A DNA stretch of 64,000 bases from positions 191,208,001-191,272,000 of the forward strand of contig NC_042998.1 in NCBI RefSeq assembly GCF_006345805.1, read 5' to 3'. The stretch is from Octopus sinensis. Taxonomy: Eukaryota. Shown here in pieces: positions 13,076-26,114 of this stretch (positions are counted from its first letter, which is position 1; each line of letters begins with the position of its first letter). The notes below the pieces were generated by a model. The model was not told the DNA's origin, made no database searches, and saw nothing but the letters and a program-made list of their open reading frames with translations. The position numbers and the translations under genes were made by a program.

Positions 13076-13385
13076 TACATATTTCATATGTATGTATATC
13101 TATAATATATATGGTATGTACGTGTGTATGTATGTATACACGCCTGTATGTGTGTATATGTGTGTAATCGCACCATACATAACCATGAATGAAAGGTTGA
13201 AAAATGTTGTGGTAAATAATGTATAGAATTATACATATTTCATATGTATGTATATATAATATATATGGTATGTACGTGTGTATGTATGTATACACGCCTG
13301 TATGTGTATATATGTGTGTAATCGCACCATACATAACCATGAATGAAAGGTTGAAAAACGTTGTGGTAAATAATCTATAGAATTA
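13076..13385. repeat. Two-copy tandem duplication with a period of about 156 bp
   Basis: The unit TACATATTTCATATG...GTAATCGCACCATACATAACCATGAATGAAAGGTTGAAAAA...TAGAATTA starts at 13076 and again at 13232, with few differences. Confidence 0.9.
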
Positions 13386-14548
13386 GAGGGAATTGTTTTG
13401 GGTGTATATTAGTTGTTGGTGGGGGTGAATGATCTAGTCGCGAAAGATATACCTAGAGGTTGGTAGTTCAAATTCTGAACACAGCACTACTTTTGACAAT
13501 CAATAACCATGAGTACGGATAGGCATAGAATTGTGGCACATCAGCGATGAAGTATTCACTGTTAGAATTAGTAGAGAAAATACTTTAACGTAGGCACGGT
13601 ATCATCTTAGAAAAAGAGCAGATATTAGTAATACAGTCTCTCATATAAACGGTAAAACACGGGTTGGTTATGGATGGAATGATTTTAATCCGGGGTGTGC
13701 TGGATTAGGGCGAAGCAACAACATATACTTCATTCTCGTGGTTATTGCAGTAGCAATAGTGTGCACTTGAACCAGTAAGTCTTTGAATAGAAGTTCAAAA
13801 TGATATACAATGAAAATCAACGCCAGGTATTATCACACACCTGCTTCAAGCCTTTGAAGCCTAAAGTGAGTAAGAAGTAGCCCCATGGACTTTTATAGGC
13901 CGGGAAAGGGCCATTTTTTGTAACACATTTATAAGAGTTGTTACTGATACTGCTTCGTCCCAGTTTAGCTCTGATAAAATTATCAAGACTAATTATCACA
14001 GACATTCCAATCAAGAAGACCATTCTATATCTTTTTGATATATGCTACATCCAGTGTATGCTTATGACAAGAGCAATATGTTGAAGGTTCCTAGTTAGTA
14101 TTAGTGACTAGGAGCACACTCAACTTCAAATTTTGTTAGGTTATCATTTGGCCCCTGGTTAAAAGACTAGACTTCCAGTGCTAATCGATGCATGTTGTTG
14201 CTCGCTGTCAATGAACATAGGAGCCCAGTGCATTGCTTTTACCCGCCGCGTGAGGAGGCTGTGATACTATTAAGAAAGCAATGGCGAAATCTAGGTTTTT
14301 AATAATAAAGGACGTTCTCTTTACTTCTATTTTTTTTTTACCGATGATTGTGTGTGTGATTGGTTAGAAGATCTAGCAGATTTAAAGAGATGTATACACG
14401 TTCACGTCTATAGATTCTAAAATATTACAGTTGTTATTCAGCCACATGCTAACCCTTATAGAATAGTTAGATAGACAGATATCGAAAGACTGCACGCGTA
14501 ACTATCCTCAATTCTTTTTTCCTTTTCACAGATGTAAACTGGGACTCA

Positions 14549-14549
<1 letters not shown>

Positions 14550-14591
<42 letters not shown>

Positions 14592-14602
14592 ATATATAAT
14601 AT

Positions 14603-14687
<85 letters not shown>

Positions 14688-14735
14688 TAGATAGATAGAT
14701 AGATAGATAGAGATAGATAGATAGATAGATACACA
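14550..14735. repeat. (TA)n/(GATA)n microsatellite
   Basis: Read directly. Confidence 0.95.
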
Positions 14736-15719
14736 TATACCACATGATGATAGCTACAAGGCGTCTATGAACTACATTTGTATTCAAATTATGTGCATTA
14801 TATAAGTGTGCATTGCATGTGTGTATATATTGTGGTGTTCTGCAGCTGTATGCTACATGTGTGTGTGTGTGGAAGGAATGCTGCATGTATTGATGTCTGA
14901 CGCGTCTCCCAATCGATCGGCCATCTCCTACACCAGCCATCCAGTTGTTAGCTTGCCTAAACACATTCCTCTACGCTTCTTCTCCTCTTGCTCCTCCGCC
15001 TCCTCCTTCCTCTCCTCCTCCTCCTCCTCCACTTCCATACACTCACCACGGTTCTGATATTCTTTTGTGTTTTTCATTCTCTTTTCATCTCTCCTTCTGT
15101 CTTTCTATCTCTCTGTCTCCCTCCCCCTCTCTCTCTCTTTCTCTCTCTCTTTCTGTCTCTCTCTTTCTGTCTCTCTCTCTCTCTCTCTTCCTAACTCCTC
15201 CTCCTCTTCCTCCATACCAATTTATCGTTCTGCGTATTGTTGTTGCTTATTTCTCTTCCACCTCCTCTGCTGCGCACACACATACACACATAGACACACA
15301 TAGACACACGCACAAACAGACAGATAGATACACACAGACACACACACACGCAAATGCTTCCACAACTGCATCTGTATTCTCTTTGCAGACAGACAGGCAG
15401 ACAGACACAGACCACGCACACAGACACACAGAAACACATACTCATACATACGCCCACATGTGTAAAGCGAGATAGAGAGGGGGGGTGAAATAATAAGAAA
15501 AGAGCAAGAGGCATAATTGACAAAGAAAGCAAATTAGAGAGCGAGAGAGAGAGAGAGAGAGAGGGGTGGAGGCAAGAAACAAAGAGAAAGTGAAAGAGAG
15601 AGTCGGAGAGTGAGAGAGAGAGAGAGGGGGAGAGGCAGTCAAACTGAAGTAAAAAGATAAAATAAATAGGGATATATATTTGTGTGTATATGAGAAAGGT
15701 AAATAGAGTTTAATGAATA

Positions 15720-16030
<311 letters not shown>

Positions 16031-16667
16031 AATGGTACACATACTCCCGCACATATTCACACACAAAGATGGAAGAAGAGACAGAGAATTGGTGAAAAGG
16101 AATCAGAGACGAGAGAGAGAGAGAGAGAAAGAACGATATAGCAACGGAGGATTGCGGTAAAAGAGAAGGGGAGAGATATCCCACATGAAAGCGAAAAAGT
16201 CAAAGCATGAAACGTTGTGTTAATGAAAATATATATATATGGTAAAGGAAAGGTAGCGGCGCACACGTCAAGGTAGCAAACAGAATATTGATTAAAGAGT
16301 GTTTCCATGTTCTTTGTCATGTTAGGTTTGTGAGAGAGTTCAGGAAAACACAATCAATAGAAATGTTACCTAATTCATCATGAAAGCCATACGTTAGTCG
16401 AAAATCTTCTCTCAAGTATGATTCATCTAGTTGGCTTCAGTTTCAAACCTTCGTTTCATTACAAGTTAATCAACATTCTTTCTAGCCACCAGCTTTCCAA
16501 TTCAGAAATACTTACGACCAATCAAATGAAGCCTACTTTCTTTTTCATATTTTTAATCTCTTGCAATTTAAAAAAATTGTTGCATATTTGTATTATTTCT
16601 CCTCTCTCTCTCTAAAGTATTGTTTTTCCAGTATGTGGATTAACATGTCTTTTCGCTCGCTCATTTT

Positions 16668-16725
<58 letters not shown>

Positions 16726-16814
16726 CACACACATTCGAACATATACATATAGTTTTTTTTTCTATTGAAACTGAAACAGACACTCGCGCACAGACACAAT
16801 TTGCCATGCGACTA

Positions 16815-16850
16815 GTGCTCAGAGTTTCACGATGTTGCGATCATCAGATC
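16815..16850 (-). ncRNA. Decayed hammerhead-like motif
   Basis: Minus strand CUGAUGA-UCGCAACAUCGU-GAAA-CUCUGAG-CA. Both core boxes are present, helix II is weak and U16.1 is replaced by C. Confidence 0.3.
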
Positions 16851-16951
16851 AGAATTGTAACAATTTTAATAAAAATAAAATTAATGCTCTAAAATAGGCG
16901 TTGATCACTTCTCATTTGCCTGATCTAAAAAAGGACTTGGGCACACACACA

Positions 16952-16984
<33 letters not shown>

Positions 16985-17279
16985 GGCACGCATATGGAAG
17001 ATACCATAAACATGAAATACCGTTATAAAGATGAGCATAGTGTAAGAATATTGACAACGCAATGCCAGAGAAGTACGGTATTCTTAGGATGATTGGAGAA
17101 TATTCAGTTTCTCGAGACAAAGACGGCTACTTTGTAAGATCATTGAGTAGCTACATGTGAAGATACCATGTTTGAATACAAATTACATCCCTCTACCTAA
17201 GTATTCTGAGTACAACTCCGCTTACATGTATATACATTAACGAGAAACTAGTTTTTTATTGTATATATATATATATATA

Positions 17280-17398
17280 GGGAAAGTTCACGAAAAAAAA
17301 ACAAAAGACGAAGACAGGTGGTGTAGAAAACAAACAGATGTATAATGCTCAGGAATTGAAAAAATCTTTTACGTTTCGAGCCTACGCTCTTCTTCAGA
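17280..17398 (-). mobile_element. Penelope-like pLTR fragment with a hammerhead-like core
   Basis: Minus strand CUGAAGA-A-GAGC-GUAG-GCUC-GAAA-CG-UA-AAAG (17397 to 17366). The region is homologous to 22994-23143. Confidence 0.65.
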
Positions 17399-17418
17399 TA
17401 TGTGCGTGTGTGTGTATA

Positions 17419-17820
17419 CTCTTTACTGTTTCACTCTTTTACTTGTTTCAGTCATTTGACTGTTGCCATGCTGGAGCACCGCCTTTTAGTCGAGCAAATC
17501 GACCCCAGGATTTATACTTTGTAAGCCTGGCACTCATTCTATCGGGTCTTTTGCCGACCCGCTAAGTTACAGTGGCGTAAAGACACTAGCATCGGTTGTC
17601 AAGCGATGTTGGGGTGGGAGTCAAACACAGACACACACACACACACATATATATTCACATATATACGACGGGCCTCTTCCCGTTTCCGTCTACCAAATCC
17701 ACTCACAAGTCTTTGGTCGGCCCGAGGCTATAGTAGAAGACACTTGCCTAAGGTCCTACGTAGTGGGACTGAACCCCAAACCATGTGGTTGGTAAGCAAG
17801 CTCCTCCTACAGCCACACCT
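17419..17820 (-). mobile_element. SINE group B, near full length
   Basis: Reverse complement of the 38588-38986 family, from the tRNA-like head (GTGGCTGTAGG...GGTTCAGTCCC) to the GACTGAAACAAGTAAAAGAG tail. Confidence 0.9.
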
Positions 17821-17964
17821 GATTTATACAAAAATGATATATATATATATATATATAATATATATATATGTATAGAATATAAATATAAATAAATATATAT
17901 ATGTGTATATATATATATATACATAAATATATATATATATATCTATATATATATATATATATAT

Positions 17965-17998
<34 letters not shown>

Positions 17999-18254
17999 CA
18001 TGCGTGTGTCTATGTAGACAGATATATCGATATATTGCAAGCACATATACATACATTCACGTGCACACAGAAATAGGCACATACACGCACATATATGATT
18101 GACGTTTTTCAGAGTGGTTTGTCTGAGAGGTTTTGTAGATAGATATATATATGCTGTCAATCTATCTGTTATATATCCAGACTTGAAACAACCATCATTG
18201 AAATATAGAGATTGCAGTCACATAATACCACGTTGAACACGATATAATATCTGG

Positions 18255-18290
18255 GTTTCCTTCTTTCTTTTTTTCTTTCTTTCTTCTTTT

Positions 18291-18333
<43 letters not shown>

Positions 18334-18390
18334 CTCTTCTTCTTTCTTCTCCCTTCTTTCTTCTCTATCTCGTCTTTCTCTCTCTCTCTC
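18255..18390. repeat. (TTTC)n/(TC)n polypyrimidine microsatellite
   Basis: Read directly. Confidence 0.9.
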
Positions 18391-20508
18391 AATTCTCTAT
18401 CTCCGTCATATATATATCTATACGCATATATATATAATATATATTATATATGTATATCTCTCTTTCTTCCTGCTATGTATATGCATGCGCGTATACGTAT
18501 TTATGTGTGGAGGTAAAATGATGCATATTTTATATGTAAAACGCAATGTATTTGGTCAACTCATTTTATATAAGCTAACATCATTTTCTTTGCCAAACGC
18601 TGTAATGCATCAAATTGGAGATTCTACCAAAATATATGGAAATTAGAAAAATTCTTGCATTATATGTAGTTATAAACATCAATTTACTGGCTTAGTCAGA
18701 ACAAGGAAGGAGAGCAGCGCCATGACCAATTTCTGTACATCCGGAACTAATAGAATCAAGAGTGGAAGTCATTGTCAGAGCGGTAGACATTAAGATAACG
18801 AAGTGTATTAAACTGGATCTCGGATGTAAGTTCACCACACAATAAAACGTTATGTTCTTACCAATAGGTTTCTACCCTGGCTCTCGATTTTCATTCACAC
18901 ACCTTTTAATATGCTCTTGGCTATTGTAAAATACACGTCTCAAAAATGTTGCGCAACGGGGAAGCTTAGGAAACATGAAACTGCATAGGGAACTACTCAC
19001 ACTTCTATGCTTTCATCCATTATTGCTCGAGATTCACGCACGCCCGTCGGAGTGACGAGGATCAACTACTCATCCTTAATGATAACTGCTGAATTTCGCA
19101 GTGACTTTGCTTAAAGGGAACAAGAGTTTCGTACCATCAACCGTATTCTCTTGGTCTTGGCCACCTTCAGTCCAGTAGCAGGACCAGGTCAAAGCGGCTG
19201 GGGATGAAACTGGAAAGCAGTGGATGACCAATGTGTCTTACTTATCACATCTTGATCTCTGCACTCCAAATGCGTTCCTGCAGCTGCCTTCAGAAATCTT
19301 AAGTCTCTCTTCCGTAGAGTCTGAGGGACCCAGATTAGCTTGCACAGGTAAGCATGCTCATGATTACTGAATATAACACAACATTGTGAAACAGTGGTAT
19401 TTGCTCTTGTTTGTTGGACAACTTGATATACCCTGGATGTAGAATTTGGGAGGGTTTCAATTAAATTTAATTCAACATGTCCACATATAGTTATTTTATA
19501 GTTAGCTAACGCGGAAGTATTTACCTGGTTGCTCAATCTGCGAGAAATAGCAGCCAACTCTCCACGAATATGCATCTACAGCCCTAACGAGAGAGGGAGA
19601 AATTCATTAAATATGGTCGAAGAATGAGAAACTCATGGTGCCAATGCTTTTTAGTATAGGCAGTGGATTAGCAGAATCTTTAGTGCGTCGAATAAAATGT
19701 CATGTGGTATTTCTTCTGGCTCTTTCTATTCTAATTTCAAAGGATTCCAAATACCATAGGTATCCCATCAAGATTATCATTATATTTCATTCCTCCAGAA
19801 TCGACAAAAGTGAGGTAACAGTTAAGTAGTGAATAAGTTGATAGTATCGACTAACTGCCTACCCTCAAATATAAATGTATTTTTTTCTAAATTCGAAACC
19901 ATTGAAGGAATGAAACATGCATAATGCAACGTGGACAAGCATATCTTGTGCTTTGCTCATTTACTTTTTTAAAACGATAGGATGTGATACCAGAGAGATT
20001 TGGCTGCTATATTTAGCAGACAGTACAAACAAATAGGTGCTCTTCGACTCGGCTGTGATGACCTTGATGATGTTCGAAAGTAAAAGGAAAAGAAATATCA
20101 GTGTACTCTGTAAATGATACGGTTTACTGCTCTCAAATGGCATTTAATACATGAAGTCGAAGTCAGAACAGAGAAAAAGGTAGAAATATATTGTCCTGTG
20201 GTAAATAATATCGAAAAGTATACTGAAGCTTGGTTGTAGTTTATGATTCAATCGTGTGAGTTACCATTTACATTTACAGATATGAATGACGAAACTTTGA
20301 ACACTTTCTGTACATGACAACCCGAATAGAACGTCACAATTGTTAGGTACACGATCAGAATTTTCAAAAAAGTTTCATTGTATAAAATACAGAAAATGCA
20401 GACAGGCATACTGATAGATAGACAGATAGACAGATAGATAGATTATTCAACAGATAGACAGATAGATAGACATATAGATAGACTGACAAACGTATAAATA
20501 TATAGGCA

Positions 20509-20570
<62 letters not shown>

Positions 20571-20582
20571 TAGATAGGTAGG

Positions 20583-20631
<49 letters not shown>

Positions 20632-20875
20632 GCTATTCGTTGTAATAATGAATCTGTTGATAACTAAATATAAATGGGATACATCTTGTTTAATCACATT
20701 TCAATCCTGATCGTGCAGATATATTAGTAAAAGTGTTCCAGCTTTGACAAACCTACTTTTGACTGGTATTTGAATTTGGATTGGTCAATGTCCGTGCGTC
20801 TATCACTGTTTCAAGCCGGCTGGGTATGAATTAAGTGAAATTTGATTACAATTTGTAAAAGTGATTTTATTTGAT

Positions 20876-21149
20876 AATTGCAGCGTGGAAGGTGTTTATA
20901 AGCCATTTAAGAAACACACAAAAACCGATAGATTCACTTCAGCATTTAGACTTAATTTGCCAAAATATTTTCGTCGCTTTCAGACCGCGACCTGTTCTCT
21001 GACAAAATTCGGTGCTGCATCAGAGAATATCAAGTTGCGGTCTCAAAGCGACGAAAATATTTTAGCAAATTACATTTAAATGTTGAAGTGAATCTAACGG
21101 TTTTTCTGTGTTTCTTAAATGGCTTATAAACACCTTCCTCGCTGCAATT
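20876..21149. repeat. 274-bp foldback element with arms of about 127-130 bp and a 17-nt spacer
   Basis: The left arm (20876-21002) aligns to the reverse complement of 21020-21149 at about 90% identity by eye. Confidence 0.92.
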
Positions 21150-22701
21150 GTTTTCGTTCCAGCACACGATCTCAGATCAGGTCACTTGCTATGCAAGTAC
21201 ATCTCCGTAATTTTATTTGACTTATTGTTACTTCCTCGAAAATATGAGGTCTTTTGTTTTTAGTGTGAAAAAATCCTGATTGCTTTGTTGTGACTGAGTT
21301 TTTATAAACCTGTGCATCTCTATGGTTATATACGGGTGCACGCGCGCGTGTGTTTCGTAGTGCGGAGTCACATTGAAAATTTTATTACCTTCCTTCACTC
21401 CGTCATTTTCAAAATGGAGTAGATATGACAATACACCTCTTTATAATTTATTTATCCCTTTCAATATTTATTTTATCGTTTTCCTTGTCTCGTTCTGTTT
21501 TCTGATGAAAGACTTACAGCCAAAACGTTAAGACATTTCTATTTCCTTGAACGTGAAACTAAAATTTTGATTGTATTTTATTTGGTCTTTATGGTTAGTA
21601 AATTTATATCGTTCCAATTTTCTCCAAACAGTGTTACTTGAAACGTTAGGTTACCTTCAATTTCTTTTCATTCGGCGTATATATTTTCATTGTATGCAAG
21701 TATTTTTTCCAACGTGTTTTGCTAGTCAAACGTCATGTATTGTTCATTGGCTTGGCATCCTTATCATCTTCCACATTGTACTCGTGTGTTTTTATCTAAC
21801 TAGCAAACACACTCTCTTTCTCTCTTGCACTATAACTCTCATCTCTTCCCCCTCTCTCTAACTCACCCACCTATATATTTTATCGTGCTATTATTCTGTT
21901 ATTCTGAGGGTATTAGTCATGCTACAAAAAAAGAAAAAAACAAAAAAACAAACAAAGAAAGCAAATACACAGCGGATTGCAGTTTTCATCTCTCTAATTA
22001 TTGAAACACTGTAACATAACACACTGCAAAATCCTAAATAACATACGAATTATATCGTGCTCCAAAACGTCTTGTAATTGACTGCTATACACGCACATAC
22101 ATAGATACATACATTCCGTCGATGATCATGCATATACAAGAATATAATGATAAGTCCTAATGCTTTAATTGCTGATCAAACACGCTATATCTTCTTCCCT
22201 GATGAATACTTTCTGAAATACTTACATAGTTTTATAGAAAATAGATTTAATGTATATATATATATATTCTTAAACTGTTTTCTCTGGAGACCAGGAATTC
22301 TCTGGGTGTACATGTTCGGAAGTAGCAAAAAAAAAAAAAAGGAAAATGTGAAAGTGAAAGTAGCATGTTGACTTGAAGCTTTATACAAGTAAACAGTAAG
22401 ATGTTCGTTCAACAGGCAACAATTTTGAATAAAGTAGAATCAATAAACTAAGTCTCTCTTTAGTTGGTATTCACCTCGAAAGCGTTAATTTATTGCTCTT
22501 TTAATCAATATTTTTATTTATTCTAATTTTCCTCCTTCATACATGTCTCGTTCTTAATCATTTGGAAATTTTTTTTTCAATTATTACCGAAGATATCTCA
22601 TGTAGATGAATATGAAAAACCGTTTTAGCAATATGATCTGAAATGAAATTTTTGTGGTATATTGTGTTGGTTAAATGGTTATATATATATGCGTATGTAT
22701 G

Positions 22702-22741
<40 letters not shown>

Positions 22742-22751
22742 AACACATATA

Positions 22752-22806
<55 letters not shown>

Positions 22807-22993
22807 ACACACATATATATATATAATATAATTATATATACCACCAGGATACAAATTTTTCTTCCTATGTTATTTTACGAGACTCGAAGTTAAACTTTTC
22901 AAGCATTTTCTTGAAAATTTTAGTATTTATATTGAAATTTATTACCGAAATATGGATCCCTAGAAAATAAGATATATATATGTATGTATTTAT

Positions 22994-23143
22994 GGAGAAT
23001 TCACGAAAAAAAAACAACAAAAGACGAAGACAGGTGGTGTAGAAAACAGACAGATGTATTGGTATAACGCTCAGGAAATGAAAAGGTCTTTTACGTTTCG
23101 AGCCTACGCTCCCCACAGAAAGGAATACAGAAAGAAAACAAGG
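22994..23143 (-). mobile_element. Penelope-like pLTR fragment, same family as 17280-17398, with a damaged core
   Basis: Shares TTCACGAAAAAAAAAC...GACGAAGACAGGTGGTGTAGAAAAC...TTTTACGTTTCGAGCCTACGCTC. The CUGANGA box is degraded to CUGUGGG. Confidence 0.65.
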
Positions 23144-23175
<32 letters not shown>

Positions 23176-23932
23176 TATATATGCGTGTGTGTTTATATGT
23201 ATATATTTACACGTGAATATATTTTTCTTTTGTAAATAATGTTCTATCAGTTTATTACGTAGTGTTCGAGCCATAACTAACTTCGGAGGTTAGGTAAGTT
23301 TGATTTTTCGAAACGAATCATGTGAATGAATAGGTTCCATTAAAATCAACCATATGTAAGGCGTAAAGTTGCTTCAATGAATATAAAGTTAAATAACGTA
23401 ATAATAGAGAACAGAACGGACTGCATTACAAAATCCCTGTAATGATACACTAATCCCTGCATTAGTATATAAATGTATTATATCCGCTATTTTGTATTCC
23501 TTAAGAATAATAATGCATGTAAACCGCCAGCTCTACAGGAATGATAACTAAGGTATTTTGAGGTCTGCGTAATACCTGGTATTTTTCCCAGGTGTAAATC
23601 TGCAATCTAGCTAAACCTACAATGGAGCTAATAATGGAAATAAGGTCGATAGATATTGGATTGGGGTCTCTAGTGATCTTCTATCCTTCATTGCGAGAAG
23701 CAGAGGGGAATTCATCTATTATGCATATATATATAAATATGTATATTCGCAGACATATGTGCATAAAATGTATATACATTTAGATATATACACATATGTG
23801 CATATACATGCAAATCCATAACCCTCCACACATATATACATGTATATATGTATGAATATATGTGTATGTGTGTGTGTATATATATATATAGAGAGAGAGA
23901 GACATATATAGATATATATGTTTATATGCATG

Positions 23933-24004
<72 letters not shown>

Positions 24005-24159
24005 TACGTATGTATATGTATACAATATGTTTGTACGTATAAGATTAGATATGTTTCAGCCAAAAATTTGCTTAGGCCATGTCTAATTTAGTAGCGCCTG
24101 CATCTGCTCGTGTCTGTGAGATACTAGAGAGGTAGAGAGAAGGAGAGAGAGATAAAGCA

Positions 24160-24161
24160 AT

Positions 24162-24231
<70 letters not shown>

Positions 24232-24232
24232 G
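24160..24232. repeat. (GATA)n microsatellite
   Basis: Read directly. Confidence 0.95.
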
Positions 24233-24796
24233 CATAAATACATACATAGGCAGTTGAATAGATAGAGAGAGAGAGAAAGGCGAAAGATAAATAGAGATAG
24301 CGAGAGAGACATAGGGAGAGGGAGAGTGAAGAGAGTGTATATGTGAGTGGCAACATTATTAACAGAGTCCTGAACCTGTCTATTCGAAAGTCCATTGATC
24401 AACATGTGATTGTAGCTTTAATATACGCAACCACACTTACTCACATACACACGCATACATATACACATGTACAGAAACTCACTGAAGAATATAAATAATG
24501 TTAACATGTCTCCCGTATCGATTTCAGTAGGTGTTCACGGTTGATTAAATCGACTTCACTACTTAACTGGTACTTGTGTAAACAGACTCGTAGTCTGCAA
24601 TAGGTGACAACTAATGCAGAGAATATCAGTAATGAGAGAGTTAAAGCGAATCATTTTATAATATAGAGTTCATAACTTTGTGTTATCCAGTCCGTAGCCT
24701 ATGATCTGTATAATACTCCCTGACCCTAACTTGTGTAGAAAATGTTTAAATATGTATGTATGTATATCGTATGTATATGTATGTTCGTAATATATG

Positions 24797-24882
<86 letters not shown>

Positions 24883-25434
24883 ACATATATATGGCTAAAA
24901 AGCATTCGTGAAGTAAAATCATGTAGCAACACCAAATGGCGGTGCCCCAGCATGCTACAGCTCGTGAGCTGAAACTAGATAAAATAAATAAGATTATATA
25001 AATAAAATAAAATAAGAATAGTTATTTGTATAAACGAGGAGTAGACGAAACAGGTGCAACTGAAGAAGGGGAATATTCCTTGTGTTGTATATCTTGTACT
25101 CTTTCTTTTCGTTTGAAAAAAAAAGGTCGTTTCCATGTTTTTGTATTTATGTTTTCGTTTCTCATTGTGTTCAACGTTTTGTTGATGTCCTGTAACTATA
25201 TATGCATGTATATATACATATAGAAGTAGGTATGTACATATATGTACTTACATATGCATATATTTATATATTATTGATATATATATATATATAATATATA
25301 TATTATACATGTATAGATATATATGTTGTGTGTAAGCATGTATGTATGTATGTATGTATGATTGGACACTCACACACACATGCATATATATATATGTGTA
25401 TGTGTGTATATATATATGCATGTATGTGTGTTTG

Positions 25435-25565
25435 AGGGACCATAGCCTAGTGATTAGGCGTGGTGTATTCGCGATCACTACATCGAAGTTTCAGATCGTG
25501 AACTGAGCCGTTTCCAATCATGGCGCTTCAGCAAGACACTCCATCCCACGCTGCTCTGCGAATAC
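25435..25565 (+). mobile_element. Old, diverged tRNA-headed SINE fragment
   Basis: Box A-like TAGCCTAGTGATTAG followed by AGCAAGACACT. Heavily degenerate. Confidence 0.35.
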
Positions 25566-25910
25566 TTCGACATATTGAAGTGTATGCGTACAATAATTAT
25601 TATAAGTTAATTTATTTCAAGTTTCTTGGCCTTGTAGAAAATGGTCAATACTAATGTTCAAGAAACAACAAAAATATTCTTGAAATATAATTTAATAAAA
25701 CAAACTTCTAATTTGTATGAATTCCCTTTAATTTCACTGTCATTTACTCCTTGCTCTCCTTCTGCTACCAAACCTAGTATGAATACCTATCTTTTATCCC
25801 TTATGTTAATTCCCGCTCTCTGCATCTCTCTTTTACTCTCTTTTCCTCGACGGAAAGTGAAACTGGAAAAATTAACCAACCAAGATTAGTTCATATAATA
25901 TAAAGATATA

Positions 25911-26114
25911 AAGCGGCGAGCTGGCAGAATCGTTATCACTCCGGGGAAAATACTTAGCGGCATTTCGCTTGTCTTATGTTCTGAGTTCAAAGTCTGCCGT
26001 GGTGGACTTTGCCTTACATCCCTTCGGGGTATATAAAATTAGTGCCAGTTGAACACTAGGGTCGATGTAATCAACTTAACGAAAAATGCTGGCCTAGAGC
26101 CAAAATTTGAAATC
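25911..26114 (+). mobile_element. SINE group A' (A head and core with an alternative short tail)
   Basis: GCGGCGAGCTGGCAGAATCG head, TTCTGAGTTCAAA box B, and a tail ending CCAAAATTTGAAATC. Confidence 0.85.

Noticed and set aside
19525-19583. Apparent minus-strand exon AVDAYSWRVGCYFSQIEQP with good AG/GT sites, phase-compatible with a second block near 19215-19292
   Set aside because: Its core (GAG(A/T)TTGGCTGCTATTTCT.GCAG) recurs at about 19995 (+) and about 35065-35110 (-), so it is a dispersed repeat fragment rather than unique coding sequence.
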